Source: Tricharina praecox
Lineage: Eukaryota
Assembly: GCF_024521635.1 (NCBI RefSeq)
Contig: NW_026250408.1
Location: forward strand, 1,116,001-1,180,000
Direction: 5' to 3'
Length of the DNA stretch: 64,000 bases
Under the pieces are notes generated by a model, which made no database searches, was not told where the DNA came from, and was given only the letters and a program-made list of their open reading frames with translations. This document shows, piece after piece, positions 1-12,156 of this stretch. The translations under genes were made by a program, and so were the position numbers. How positions within the stretch are numbered: the first letter of the stretch is position 1; every line of letters begins with the position of its first letter.

Positions 1-523
1 GTGACACCCGGCACGTCGACCGACACGGACTCGACCAGTATCTTATGCAGGCGCTGGTAGGCTTCCTCCAGGTTCTCGGACTGCTTCCTTGTGCCATCGG
101 CCTGGATGACGATCTCGTCCTCGCGGGTGATATGTCTCGAGTTTTCGCGCACCTTCTGGAGCACGAAGTCCGGCAAGAAGGTTGCATTCTTGGTCAGGTC
201 CAGATGCAGCGTTGCTTTCGTCGCCAATCTTTATTTTTTGCTTTCTTTGTCACTACGATTTCTTTCATCGGCGCATGGCACGGTGTACTATACTTGTTGA
301 CATTCTGCCCGCCCGGACCGGACGAGGACGAGAACGAGACCGTACACGACTTCTTGGGGATGTCGGTCACTTTGAAGCTCTCGACCCACTCCCGCGCCCG
401 CTCGATTTCTTCGTCCGACGTCCATTTGGAGGCCGTCTGCGTGCGCCAGTCGTCCGTGTAGGAGCGCGTAAGGAGGCGTCGGCTGGTCGAAGGTAGCAGT
501 GCGCGGAGACGGAAGAGCGACAT
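1..523 (-). CDS. PTH4: Mitochondrial peptidyl-tRNA hydrolase / ribosome rescue factor (ICT1/Pth4, RF-1 domain); 3' end runs off the window
   Basis: ATG at 523 with an Arg/Ser/Leu-rich presequence (MSLFRLRALLPSTSRR). GGQ motif SSSSGPGGQNVNK. Intron 293-229 (GTATAG...AAG) joins to LATKATLHLDL...IVIQADGTRKQSENLEEAYQRL, open to position 1. Confidence 0.85.
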
Positions 524-1598
524 GGTTACAGCAGTTCGAATGGAAACCGGTCGCGGTTCTTCGGTTCGGTTTGTTCGGTTTGTTCGTTTCGTTCGTGATT
601 GATCGATGCAGATCGGCGTCGGCTGGATGTGGAGGTGCGGGTAGTGACGTAGTGGCTGAGCGGAAGGCGGTGGGTGGCTCATGCGCTGCTGCGGGCTCGA
701 CCGCTCTGTGGCTGCTGTGCTGTGGCCAATGTGGCTAGTGCAGCCGCTTCTGCCACCCACCCATCACTTTTCTTTTTCAACGTCCCTTCTTCGCTCCTTC
801 TCTTCCCTTCCCTGCCCGTTCGTTGCCTTTCTCTGCGTGCCTACACACCATCCACATCAACCTCTACATCCACATCCACAGCCATATCCCCGTTCCCGTT
901 CCACAACTCTCCGCCTTCCTGCCTGCTCTCCTCTCGTCTCGAGTCTCTCTCCTCCTCCCCTTCCAACCAACACGTCTTCTCCTTCTCTCCGCCGCCGCAC
1001 TAACACCAATTCTCCCATCATCCATCTTAAGTTAAGTTTTGCTCCAAAACTCTCGCCCGCCACCACCACCACAACAACCACCACCAAGTCAACTCAAATA
1101 CCGCCGCCCGCCCTTCAACCCTCTCCCCTTCCCCCCATTACTTCTTTCAAACCAACCTCCTCTCCCCTCTTTGACCAGTCCATCAACAACCTTCCCACCA
1201 CCACTACCACCGCCTCGCAAACCCACATCTACTCCCCAACAACAACCCACATCACAACTGCCACCACCAAACTTGCCTCGCTCCTCCGACACAGCTACAT
1301 CGTCACGAACAAAAAAAAACTCAAACAAGAAAACTCGCTGAAAATTGCCGTTTCTCTTCTCTGTCATATCCTGTCATCCGCCGCAACCCTTTCTCCCCCC
1401 ATTTCCTCCAAATACTCTACACACCCCCCTCCACCCAACTCCCCACCATCCCATCCAGCACCTCAATTCCTCGCTCGTACAGTTACAGACCGATTTCAAA
1501 GAGAAAAGAGAAAGAAGACACATACTTCAATACTTCATACAAACTCGGGTTGCCCGCTGCTGAATCGCTGCTGTTCATGCGCAAAAGCATAGTTCTGT

Positions 1599-4500
1599 AT
1601 GTCTGAAAACCAGTTACCCCCCCCACCCCAACCAACCCAAACCCCTCCACCCGCAACGACACCTCCACCGCCGCAACAGTTTCCTGCCCTCTCCTCCGCC
1701 GCCGACAACCAACTTCACCAGGAATCCCTCTCCTCTCCAACACCACCATTGCAGCAGCCACCACACTCACAACCACAGTCCCCTCCAACAAACGGGTTCG
1801 AAAGCCGACAGCCACTCTCCCCAGTCTCCCCCCACCCAGTACACGTCGCTGAACCCGCGGTTCTAAAGAACCAGATGGAACTCGCTTTTAACTTCACTGA
1901 TGCTCATCCCCCCCAACCGTTCGCGACTCCCAACGACAATTCTGCCGTGAGCCCGGTGTCAAACTCCCTAGAGTCGTTGATGCTTCAGCACCAGCAACAG
2001 CAACAGCAACAGCTGCACGCGCAGCAGCAGCACCAGCAACATAACCAACACGATCCATCACCGCCCTCGACGTCACAGCGCCAGCAACAGCAGCAGCAAC
2101 AGCCACCGCAGCAGGGAGAGTCATCTTCGCACGCGACTTCAGTCGCTCCTGTTCCTGCCATGGATAATCCTTCCTCCACTTCCCTCCCCTTCACGCAGAA
2201 CGGTGATTTGCATGCTGGTAATGGGCTAGTCGCATCGTCTCCGGCCCCTACCAATGGAACCGCTCCTCCAAACCTTGCAAACATTGCTACCACAGGATTT
2301 CCATTGCCCACCGCGATCCCAAATGATTTCTCTAGCAGTGTGGACCTCCAAGCTCTGTTGACCAAGCTGTCCCCTGCTACTCCCACCGTACCGCACCAGC
2401 TGTATTCGGCACCGCCCTCCGAGTCTCCACAACCAAACGGACCCCCCGTCATTGCGCCCCCAAGCAGTGCTCCTCCCACCATAAAGGCAGCTCTGCCGCA
2501 TTCCCCCGTCCAAAAGTCGCACACTCCATCGAACCCACTCGCGCTTCCGACAAACCATCCTCTGCCACCCGTGCCAGTCGTGTCTTCGTCGTTGCCGGGC
2601 CAGCCTCCTGCCGGATATCCATCGTCGCTGCCGCCACCCCCAAACTTCAACCACAATAAGCAGCCGCAGTCGCAGTCGCAATCGCAGCAACCCCAACAGG
2701 GCCACCAGCCGCAGCAGCCGCTGAGCTCGGACGCCGCTGCCGAGGAGGAAGAGGACGAGGAGGACAGGCTGCCATTCACGGTCGACGAAGAAGAAGAGTT
2801 TTCGAGGTTCCTCGCGGATGAGCGTGATTACGTGACTCAAGGTCAATGGGACCGCTTCCCTGCTGGCTCCCGCTTGTTCATTGGTGCGCATCCACCCAAC
2901 CCACTCGTTTTACCACCCTTACCCCTTTGCAGTTGATTTATATCCGATGCTTGCCTGATGCTCTACCACCGTACTCCTAAGTGTGTGTGTGTGTGTGTGC
3001 CTGTGTGTGCGAGTGAACAGAAGAACTTACTTGTAGCCTCGTGCCCACCGCCTTATAGGAAACCTGCCCACCGAAAAAGTTACCAAACGTGACCTGTTCC
3101 GCACTTTCCACAAGCATGGCCGCCTCGCACAGATATCCATCAAGCAGGCCTATGGGTTTGTTCAGTTCCTCGATCAGTCGTCGTGTGCTTCGGCACTACG
3201 CCACGAGCAGGGGTCCTCAGTGAGGGGCCGTAAAATGCGTAAGACAGCCCAATCCGATCTCAGACACCCATGGTTGCGTGAACGATAAATCGAAGTGCGA
3301 TCCTAACTGTCGATGCCCCGGAATATAGACCTCGAGATCTCGAAACCACAGAGAAATACCCGGCCCGTGCCCATAGATTCTGCCCGGCCACGTCGGTCAC
3401 GCTCTCCCGATTACCCTCGCGGCGGTGCCTCCCCGCGCCGAGCCCCTCCGCCTGTAGCCGCCGGACGCCGAGAGGTTGACCGCTACCGAGCGCCGCCACC
3501 CACCGACAGGGACCTGCGTGATCGTCGCGACAGAGATGAGTACGGCACCCGCCGGAGATCACCACCGCCGCCCATGCGGGGTGCGCGCGACGACTACCGA
3601 CCCGGAAGGAGATCAAGATCGAGATCGCCCCCGGCTAGGTACCGACCGAGAAGCAGGACCCGAAGCAGGAGTCCCGATTTCGACGATGTTCCTCTTCCGA
3701 GAAGAGCACCCGATCAAGTGCCGGAGGTGCAGATTCTCGTCAGCGATGAACTGGATAGGTGAGTGCCCGCTGCCGCCGATCGTTGTGGGCTCGAGTTGCT
3801 GACAGTCGGATAGAAATTTCATCTGGTGGGTAGAACAGGCATTCCGACAACGCGGCTTAACGTGCGACATGTTATTCCTGAATCCCCGGCTTCAACTGTC
3901 CGCTGTCGTCAAGCGCCAGGTTCTCGAGGGAGTCCAGGCTGTGGTTTTCCTGAACAGGAGTATGCAGCTCGCCAGCAAGATTTCGATACAGGTCTTTGAC
4001 CGGCGCGGCGAAGGAGAGGCGTCGTTTGACCGTAGGTACCTGCGCCATTCCCGTCTATGCAGATACTAACATCGTGGATATCTAGAATACGATAACCTTG
4101 ATCCCCCCATTGCGGCAGAACTTGTTGTCCGCTCGAAACAATCGCACCAGCAGCATAACGCAGCTCCGCTTGCTCAGTACGGAAGAGGCTACGGCGTTCC
4201 CCAGGTACAGCAGCAACAACCACCACCACAGCAGCAGCAGCAGCAACAGCCTCTTCAGCAGCAGCTCGGAGCGCTCGCTGGCGTTCCAGGTCTTGCCAAC
4301 CTATTGACCTCACTGGACCCAAGCAGCCTCCAGAAGCTCTTGGCCGGACTACAGCAACCACAGCAGCCAGCCCCACAAGCCACCTACCAACAACACCAGC
4401 AACAGCAGCAAGCTCCCCAGATTAGCGCCGACCTGGCAAGTCTCATCGCTGGTGCCGTCAGACCTCAACAGCAACAGCCGCAACAGCAACAGCAACCACC

Positions 4501-4729
4501 GCAGCAGCAGCAGCAGCAGTACGGCGGCCAGTCGGCTCTCAGCGCCTACGGCGGCAGCGCAGGACTAGCAGCTCTGCTCGGCCAAGCGCAGCAGAAAGTC
4601 GCAGCTCAGCAGCAACAGCAACAGCAGCAGCAACAGCAACAGCAACACCAGCAGCAACAGCAACCACAAACTAGTGCTGGCCAGATCGGTAACATCATGG
4701 AGACACTAGCGAAGTGGAAACAGGCGTAA
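1599..4729 (+). CDS. NAB3: Nab3-like RRM RNA-binding protein with Q/P-rich low-complexity termini
   Basis: Exons 1599-2883, 3059-3238, 3329-3758, 3814-4031, 4086-4729 splice in frame. RRM: SRLFIGNLPTEKVTKRDLFRTFHKHGRLAQISIKQAYGFVQF. RS-rich middle region and poly-Q C-terminus ending IGNIMETLAKWKQA. Confidence 0.8.
2981..3010. repeat. (GT)n microsatellite in intron 1 of the NAB3-like gene
   Basis: gtgtgtgtgtgtgtgtgtgcctgtgtgtgc seen directly. Confidence 0.9.
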
Positions 4730-5447
4730 TTCTTGATTTTTTCTCGTTTTCTTGAGGGGAAAAAGTTTCCTTGCTTTCTTTTTTTTCTTCGATAGGCGTT
4801 GCTTTTCAGTTTTTTTCAGTTTCCTTTTGCTGGCTGTGGTTGCGGTTTTGGTTTCCCTTTGATGGATGTGTTTTTCGTGGAGGGGGAGGGGGAGGATGGA
4901 TACATACTCGGGATATGTACGTTTCCCGAATATATGAAACGACAGGCTGTTACCGTACCTACTTTTGTTGCTATTTTATATATGCGTTACAGAAACTAAA
5001 TTAAACTAAACTTCTACTTGAAAATATTTGGTTCCAAATTGCGGTTGGTTACCATTTTTCGGGTTCGTCGATATTGGTATTGGGTGTGGGGTAGGTATGG
5101 GGTATGGGGTATGGGGTAGTTATGGGGGTATATGTGTATTGTACTCTACCGCTGGGGGGGTTTTGGAAATGCTTTTAAATGCTGTTAATGGGTGCGGCGA
5201 GAAGGTGTACACTGTGGGGCAAATAGATGCTGGATGAAGATATGCAGCTGGATGAAGCTGGACGAAGCTGAACGTCTGTCTGAATTGAAGATGTCATTGA
5301 CACATGATCTATTCCGCCCTGTTCTGTTCTGTTCTACATCGCTCCTCCATCGTCCGTCTATGTATGTCTGTATGCGTTTCTCCTCCACCTCTTCTTCCTC
5401 CTCCTCCGTATATCTTACACCGTCCCCCTCCCTCCTCAACCCACCAT

Positions 5448-6434
5448 CTATTTCGCCACAACCCCCCACGTCTCCGGCTTCAGCAACCACACGCCCGCCC
5501 TAACCCCTCCCACAGCTTTCGTAACCTTCTCCCACCCCGCCAGCGCATCCCTAATATCGCGCTCCTGTCTGCCGAACGTATCGATCCCGCGCTCCTGCGC
5601 GGCCATGACCAGCTCCTCGCCCGCATCCAGCGCCTCGACGCCGCCGCCGCGCTGCAACAGCGCATCGTCGAGCGCCAAGTGCTCCACCCTTTTCGCGACG
5701 CGGTGTCTTCGCAGGCCCTCGAGCGGGAGTAGGAGCGAGTCCACGCCCAAGACGCGGGCTACATGGCGCAGCTCCTCACTGTTCAGCTGTCCCAGCTCCC
5801 GTTTTGCGATCTCCGCGGTCGGCTCCGCGGCTAGTGAAGCGAACGCCTTTGTGCGCGCCTCGGCGGCCAGTCGCCGCTGCCGGTTCAGCTGCTGCGGGAT
5901 ACGGCAGGGGTACGGGACGAGGTGCGGGACGAACGGGAGGATGAACGGGCTAGTCTCGCCGAACACGATAAAGATCAGGCCGAAGGCGGGGACGCGGAGG
6001 ATATCGTGGCGGGCGCGGACGAGGTGCTGGTACTGGGTGCGGGTGATGCGGGCGGAGGAGACGAGCGTGGGGAGGCCGTGCTTGTCCGCTAGGTCTTGCA
6101 GCGACCGGGTCGATTTGTAGTTCGAAAGGATAGCCGAAAAGCCGGATTTGAAAAAGGTCAAGTACGCTTTGCCGACGCGGAAGAGGTGCATAAATGTACT
6201 CGTGTCGGGCGTGCGTGAGGGGAGGGAAATCGGCGCGGGGATGCTGCTGGCGGGGGAGTTGACGGTGTCCACGGTCGACGGCTTCGAGGGCGGTGGTGGC
6301 GGCGTCCGCGGGATCACAGAGGTCGTGGCGTACGATTTCAGCAGGGAGTGGGCATGTACGTGCGGTGCCCGCGGCGGGGTGTACCGGAACAGTAGCAGCG
6401 CGCCGGAGCGGAGATGGTGGGTTGAGGCGTTCAT
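5448..6434 (-). CDS. LETM1-domain mitochondrial inner-membrane protein
   Basis: Intronless ORF from ATG 6434. LETM1-type segment YQHLVRARHDILRVPAFGLIFIVFGETSPFILPFVPHLVPYPCRIP and LALDDALLQRGGGVEALDAGEELVMAAQERGI. Confidence 0.75.
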   Translation of the reverse strand: MNASTHHLRSGALLLFRYTPPRAPHVHAHSLLKSYATTSVIPRTPPPPPSKPSTVDTVNSPASSIPAPISLPSRTPDTSTFMHLFRVGKAYLTFFKSGFSAILSNYKSTRSLQDLADKHGLPTLVSSARITRTQYQHLVRARHDILRVPAFGLIFIVFGETSPFILPFVPHLVPYPCRIPQQLNRQRRLAAEARTKAFASLAAEPTAEIAKRELGQLNSEELRHVARVLGVDSLLLPLEGLRRHRVAKRVEHLALDDALLQRGGGVEALDAGEELVMAAQERGIDTFGRQERDIRDALAGWEKVTKAVGGVRAGVWLLKPETWGVVAK

Positions 6435-6752
6435 CGTCGTCGTGAGTCGTGGGAGTTGCGGTGGTGGTGGAGGAGGGAGGTGAGGTGGATGTTGATGTCG
6501 CAATTGAGGTCAAGCTTGGTTCGAAAATCAAAAGTTATGTAGCCAAAAAGGAAGCAGGCAGGGATGGATGGCGGCATTGACTTGGCGTGGCCCGGGCCCG
6601 CGCCTGCGCCTGCCCCACGTTTTCCCCTCCATCAGCATCATCAGCAATCGTAACACCAAGTATCGATCGAGCTCAGCTACTCCCACCTACCACCTCATCT
6701 CCAACCACGACCACATCATTGTTTGACTGCTACCTTCGCACATACACACACA

Positions 6753-7486
6753 ATGGCGGAAGTCGGGTATCTCTCCCTTCACCCCTCCTCCGGCTACAGT
6801 TCCAAAGGGGAAACTAGGTAGCTGACGATATACCTACTTGCTTGTGGACAGCGATGCCAACCCCCGCGGGATCCCCGTTGCGCCGTTCGTCGAGGACGTC
6901 GAATCATTCGTCAACAGCCGGGCAGAGATCGAGCCCAACCTCAAAAAATTTCAGGAGATGATCGCGTGCGGCTCTCCCCCACCTATCCCCCTGCTCCCTC
7001 GCTCCCTCGCTCGCTCCCTCTCGCTAACATCCCATTCCGGCAGCCAGTAAATACCAATTCATGGAGATGAACACGCAGCGCCGGGCGGCGGGGCTGAACG
7101 ACAAGATCCCGGACATCCGCAAGACGCTGGAGACGGTGCAGTTCCTGCAGGCGCGCAAGGGGTCGAAGGCGTTCGAGACGACGTTCGAGCTCAATGACAC
7201 GCTGTTCGCGAAGGCGCAGATCCCCACGGGCACCGACGAGGTGTACCTCTGGCTGGGCGCCAATGTCATGCTGGCATATCCGATCGATGAGGCGATGGAG
7301 CTGCTCGAGGGGAAGCTGACTGCCGCCGAGGAGAGTCTGAGTAATTGCGAGGAGGACATGGACTTTCTTAGGCAGCAGATCACCACGCTCGAGGTCAATA
7401 CCGCCAGGCTGTACAATTATGAGGTCACACTCAAGAGGAGGGATAGGGCCGAGGCTGAGGAGGAGCAGAGGAAGGAGAAAAATTAG
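6753..7486 (+). CDS. PAC10: Prefoldin subunit 3 (Pac10/Gim2/VBP1)
   Basis: Exons 6753-6766, 6852-6965, 7048-7486. NPRGIPVAPFVEDV, FQEMIAKYQFME, VYLWLGANVMLAYP, DMDFLRQQITTLEVNTARLYN. Confidence 0.93.
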
Positions 7487-7578
7487 CGGGTAATGGGTGC
7501 ATATGTTGCGAGATTATTCCATTTTCTTCTGCCTGGACGCCGTGTAATACCATCTACTAGAAACCGCTGCTGCTGCTG

Positions 7579-8832
7579 CTAAAACCTGGGATCATCATCC
7601 TCTTCATCCGCCATCTGTATCTCAAGGGGAGACTCGCTCCTACTTTTGGACAGCTCGAGATCCTCCACGACAGCTGGCGCATACTCGCCAGTCTCCTCCT
7701 CTTCCTCCAACCCCTCATCCTGTATCTCGACCATATCCCCCTCCTCGGTTTGTACCATTCCCTTCCTCAGCACCTCCCGCGTATCAAGCACCCAATCCAT
7801 CTTCCTGCTCGCCCAGCCCGCCAGCTTCAAGAACTCCTCACGGACCTTCCTCCCTCTCTTGTCGTCCTCTTCCTCCTCCTCCCTCAGGACCTTGCCAAAC
7901 CCTCTCAGCAACTTAAGCACCTCAGCCATGACCTCGTCGCCCAAGAACCCCCCACCGTCTCCAGCGCCTTTCAAAACCTCCAGCATCCTCCTGAGCCCCT
8001 GCAGGAACTCAACAAACCAGCCCTCGCTCCCCCCAAAAACCGCCTCGCGACACGTCAACACCAGCCTCACGACCTTCTGCCACTGCTCCCCCGCCGCAAA
8101 GTTTCCTAAAAACAAGCACACCACGAACGTCACCTCCCACTCGCCCAGCAGCTCCTGCTGGCGCCCCAGCACCTCCGACAGCGCCCACGACCGGTCGCGC
8201 GCCTTCTCCGTGCGCTCCCGCCCCACAGCCCCAGCCGGCCACGTCGTCTTCAGATTGATCGCCGTGAACGCGATCCGCACTTCACTGTCCGCCTCGAACG
8301 CCTTTCCGGCGGCGAGGTCGGCTGCGTCGTCCTCGTCGTCGCCGGAGGTGCTGGTCGACGAGGACGTCGTCTCAGCCGCCCAGCCCGGGCCCAGTAGGCA
8401 CGTCAGCACGCCCGGCGTAACGTGTGCCACTAACGCCCGCCACGCGGAATCGCTGTGCCCCTCCGAGCCGCTGCCAGGGTGCCGCTGTCGGTAGCTTATC
8501 AGCCCTTCTTCCCCCTCCGCCTCCTCCGCCTCCGACTCCGACTCTGAGGCTCCCGACCGCACCACAGTCCCCTCCACGTCTTCGCGGACTAATCCCTCGC
8601 TGCCGGCATCGTAGCGGAAGTAGTGCGTGTCGTTGTCACTGTCGCCGGCGCAGAGGACCCACCGCCCGTGCCGCAGCGTCAGTGACGGCGCGGGCGAGAT
8701 CCAGATGTGGTGCAGCCCTGGGGGTAAAGAGGAGATTCCTGTGAACGTGCTGGGTGTCGTGAGAGAGCTCAGGTCCAGCCCTAGGTGCGAAGACGGCGGG
8801 AGGGTATGGATGTGGATCGTACTTGTCGACAT
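7579..8832 (-). CDS. AAR2: AAR2 U5 snRNP assembly factor
   Basis: N-terminal LGLDLSSLT...FTGISSLPPGLHHIW...LRHGRW; TWPAGAVGRERTEKARDRSWAL; LLGEWEVTFVVCLFLGN; C-terminal EEEETGEYAPAVV. Confidence 0.85.
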   Translation of the reverse strand: MSTSTIHIHTLPPSSHLGLDLSSLTTPSTFTGISSLPPGLHHIWISPAPSLTLRHGRWVLCAGDSDNDTHYFRYDAGSEGLVREDVEGTVVRSGASESESEAEEAEGEEGLISYRQRHPGSGSEGHSDSAWRALVAHVTPGVLTCLLGPGWAAETTSSSTSTSGDDEDDAADLAAGKAFEADSEVRIAFTAINLKTTWPAGAVGRERTEKARDRSWALSEVLGRQQELLGEWEVTFVVCLFLGNFAAGEQWQKVVRLVLTCREAVFGGSEGWFVEFLQGLRRMLEVLKGAGDGGGFLGDEVMAEVLKLLRGFGKVLREEEEEDDKRGRKVREEFLKLAGWASRKMDWVLDTREVLRKGMVQTEEGDMVEIQDEGLEEEEETGEYAPAVVEDLELSKSRSESPLEIQMADEEDDDPRF

Positions 8833-9273
8833 GGTCGTTTTGGTGGGGTGGTGGGGGACGGGACGGCGGACGGGACGGGGGTGCAGGATGCACGGTGGGG
8901 AGCCGCTTGCGTCATGGGTGGTGAACCGGGTTGCATGGGCTTGGGCTTGGGCTTGGGCATGGAGTGTCACTCGTGTTTGGGTTTCGTGAGCGGTATTGCA
9001 TTAAATTCATCCATAAGTTACAACACCCAGAGACCGACAGCTCTCCACCCCCAGCTCCCAGCCCTCAACCCCCATGTAAGATGCAGAAAGAAAAAAACGT
9101 CGGCGCAAGTTACAATTCCCATTATCCAGCCAGTCCACCAGTCCATCGAAATCAAACAAACAAGCTCTCAAGCCCACAAACTCCCCATCGTAAACAGAAC
9201 TCCCCAGAGATGAGATACCAACCCAGCATTAGCAGCAGCATCGATCCTCTATGCATCCGGTCCGCCTACCTAC

Positions 9274-9690
9274 CTACCAATTAAGAACGGGGACCCTAAC
9301 CTGGACGGAGACGACGTCGCCCTCCTGCAGAGCCACGACCTGTTCGATGACGTCGAACTCCGATCCGTCCTCCATCCTGATTGTTCCGGTGGGGACGCCG
9401 TCTCCGAGGAGGAGGAAGAGCAGCATGCCAACGGTTACCCGCTGCATCTGCACCGGGAACGTGATGTTCTCCCAGACGATGCGGAAGCGAGGAGGCTCGG
9501 ACTCGGGCTCAGGCTCGGGCTCGGAGCGGGCCACGCGAAGTCGCGCCCGCGGCGCGTTCAGAACAAAGTACTGGTCCCAGCTGGTGTATGGTGGGGGTGG
9601 AACCTCGAGAAAGGTGTGCATCGGCTCGGTTGGAACGGCCGAGTCGAAAAATGCCTTGAAGGACCCCGGGATGGTGGTCATTATCAACAT
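9274..9690 (-). CDS. Hypothetical protein (138 aa) with PPPPY motif and possible ubiquitin/ThiS-like C-terminal beta-grasp
   Basis: GC-rich ORF with protein-like composition between non-coding flanks; ends ...EQVVALQEGDVVSVQVRVPVLNW. No family recognised with confidence. Confidence 0.55.
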   Translation of the reverse strand: MLIMTTIPGSFKAFFDSAVPTEPMHTFLEVPPPPYTSWDQYFVLNAPRARLRVARSEPEPEPESEPPRFRIVWENITFPVQMQRVTVGMLLFLLLGDGVPTGTIRMEDGSEFDVIEQVVALQEGDVVSVQVRVPVLNW

Positions 9691-11250
9691 TGCGAGGTGT
9701 CGTGGGGTGTTTTGTGGTGCTTGGTTGCGGTGGTGGTGGGAGGGGAGTGGGTGAGCTCGAGCTCTTACAGATTTGTGTGGTTGGATTGAGATGAGGGTGG
9801 ATAGGGATGAGGGGGATGGAGGGAGGAGGATGGAGTGTGGATGGTAGAGGGTGAATGGAGTGTATCTGAATCAGTATCCCACCACCCGTTTCGGGGAGGA
9901 CAGACAGAACCTGCCAGAATCGGGTATGAACTCACCCTCCTACCCTCCTCCCGCCTTCCCCGATTGCTCTATGCCTACATACAAACAAAGCTGCAGGTAA
10001 CCATTCAGTTAATCCACCCTGAAAGCCTTCCGTGGAGACTGAGTGTGCCTGAGTGCTGGAATCACTAGGTGATGGGAATCTGTCGCCCAACTGTACGTTC
10101 AGCGGACTCGGTCAAATCATCATGAATACCGTAGCAAACTACCATTAATTACTTAGGTACTTTACATGGTATTCACTTCAGCTGGTCACCCCACCCTCCT
10201 TCACTGGTTTACGTGATCGCTGCAGGTTCGATCTTATGTACGCATAAAATTCACCACCAAACATCTCTCGCTCCCCCACTATGTCTTCCGTTCTGTTCCA
10301 CAGACCTACTCTTCCCGCTATAAAACCGTTCGCACCATAGATTCTGTTCTCAGGAACAGACGCCATATGGGACTTCCACGCTCTAGGGTTCTGCCTACGT
10401 CCACCAGCTTCACTGATTCTATCTATACAGCCCACAGATACCGAAGGCGAGCCTGGTTACTCGGTCCTTCAAATATGTATGTACCAATACCAATCAAGGT
10501 CTTTGAGGATCCCGACCGACCACGAGAATTTCCGAGTGCCCGCTACCTATCTCAGATCTGCCAAGCCTGTCCGGCCGTCCGTCTACTCTACCGTGAGAAG
10601 CAGACAGATGGTTGATCCACTCGCTCACTGACTACAGGAGATCTAATCAAGGAAGCCAAAGATAAGCCATGGACGTAGCCACGAGAAGGCGGAAAAGCGG
10701 GAGACAGTCATGCCAGTTTGACACAATACCTAAATGGACCCATGGGGAACAGTGCAGAGCGAGATTCGGATAAACTTGAACCTGCCAGCAAGGAGGAGGT
10801 GAGGGTCAAGGTGTGGAATCAGTAGAAATAATCTAGGTATTCAATCGAGGTCCTCTGTGCTCTCTAGACGCAGGAATCTCACTTTCGAGCGCTTTATATC
10901 CGAGTGATATACAGTGAAACCGAGTTCTCGGTCCCCTTTCGGTGGTAGGTACGATCCTGTTTGCGGCATGATTGGATCACTTGAACGGAGGTACTTGTTC
11001 TTTGACTGAGCCGCTGAAGAAATTGTTTCTCACGCCAGTTACAGTTCTCTGGTCATGCTTGAGGATTGACGTCTGTACCAGTATGTTGGGAAGAATGAGG
11101 GTTTGAAGTTCGCATTTCTGAGATATGTAGGAGAACTAAGAGTGCCATTTCCATTTCCCTATGTAGCAGAATTCTAGTTATCGGGGGCCTAGACCACCGC
11201 ACCAACCTGCCTCCCATCCAGCCCCAGGGCCGCACTGCCTGGCCGCCTAG

Positions 11251-11922
11251 CTATCCCCAGCGGAAAGCGTTAACATCGACCCAATATCCCTCCTGCGTAT
11301 ACCTAACCCTTCCCTCCAACTTCCACTTCCCGCCGGATTGTTTCGCACAGTACTCTGCGATATTGATCTGGGCGTTGCCGACGATCCAGCAGGGCACACA
11401 GAGCATCTTGTCGAGCTGCTGGGCGCACACGGTTGCAATGGCGTTTATCGAGTGCGCCAGCAACGTGCACCCCGAAGGACTCGTGTTACAGCACCAGCTC
11501 TCCTTCAGCTTCAGCAGAGTCCAGCCATTCTCGCGCACTCCCTGCTGCAGCGGCGTGGAGTACGAGCTGCAGTACCGTGTGCCAGAGGGCGTCGTCAGGT
11601 ACAGCCTATTGGACCTGACGGGGCCAACGAGGTCGGCTGGCGGCTGCGGCGGAGATGGGACCCCCGCGGGCAGCTGGAGAAGGGTTAGTCGAGGTTCGGA
11701 GGAAAGGAACAGGGGATCATACAGGAACGAGAGGGAGGCCGGCTTGCAACAGTTCAAGCTGGGAAGTTATATTGAACGCCGGGTGGTGGATATGTCGAAG
11801 GACGGGAGCTCCAGGACCTCGAATCCAGGGGCGCGGTGGACATTGGCGCCGACGACATCTGGCGTGGGTCCGGCGAGGACACCCGCAACTAGGAGGGTGA
11901 GCGTTGCGAAGAGGGAGTACAT
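11251..11922 (-). pseudogene. Small secreted cysteine-rich protein gene with a 1-nt frameshift in exon 1
   Basis: ATG 11922 gives signal peptide MYSLFATLTLLVAGVLA. A 49-nt intron 11722-11674 (GTATGA...CTAAC...CAG) precedes exon 2, which has 8 Cys (YCSSYS..WCCNTSPSGCT..TVC..LCVPC..EYC..GG). Exon 1 is 200 nt, one base short of frame; adding one C near 11788 restores a continuous ORF. Confidence 0.65.
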
Positions 11923-12156
11923 GACGGATGGCGGACGGTGGACGGTGGTTGCTGGTGGTTGGGTAAAGACAGGGGAAAACCTGATGCGTGAATGTTGGGG
12001 CGCACATTTATACCGCCCGCCGACAGGCTAGTTTCTTTCTTTGTTTTTGTGGGAGTTGCTTCAGCTTGCGCAGCTTACATTACATTTATACATACGGCAA
12101 AGTCGAATTTCTCACTTTGACCGTCACATCGGGGTTGCAGCTACCGGCATCCCCAG

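Noticed and set aside
681..1592. 303-codon plus-strand ORF upstream of the NAB3-like gene
   Set aside because: It stays open because of G-poor, low-complexity composition; more consistent with promoter/5' UTR.
7646..8494. Long antisense ORFs over AAR2 (and similarly over LETM1-like, TSR3, HAD, COG3, GT69)
   Set aside because: Shadow ORFs expected opposite GC-rich coding sequence.
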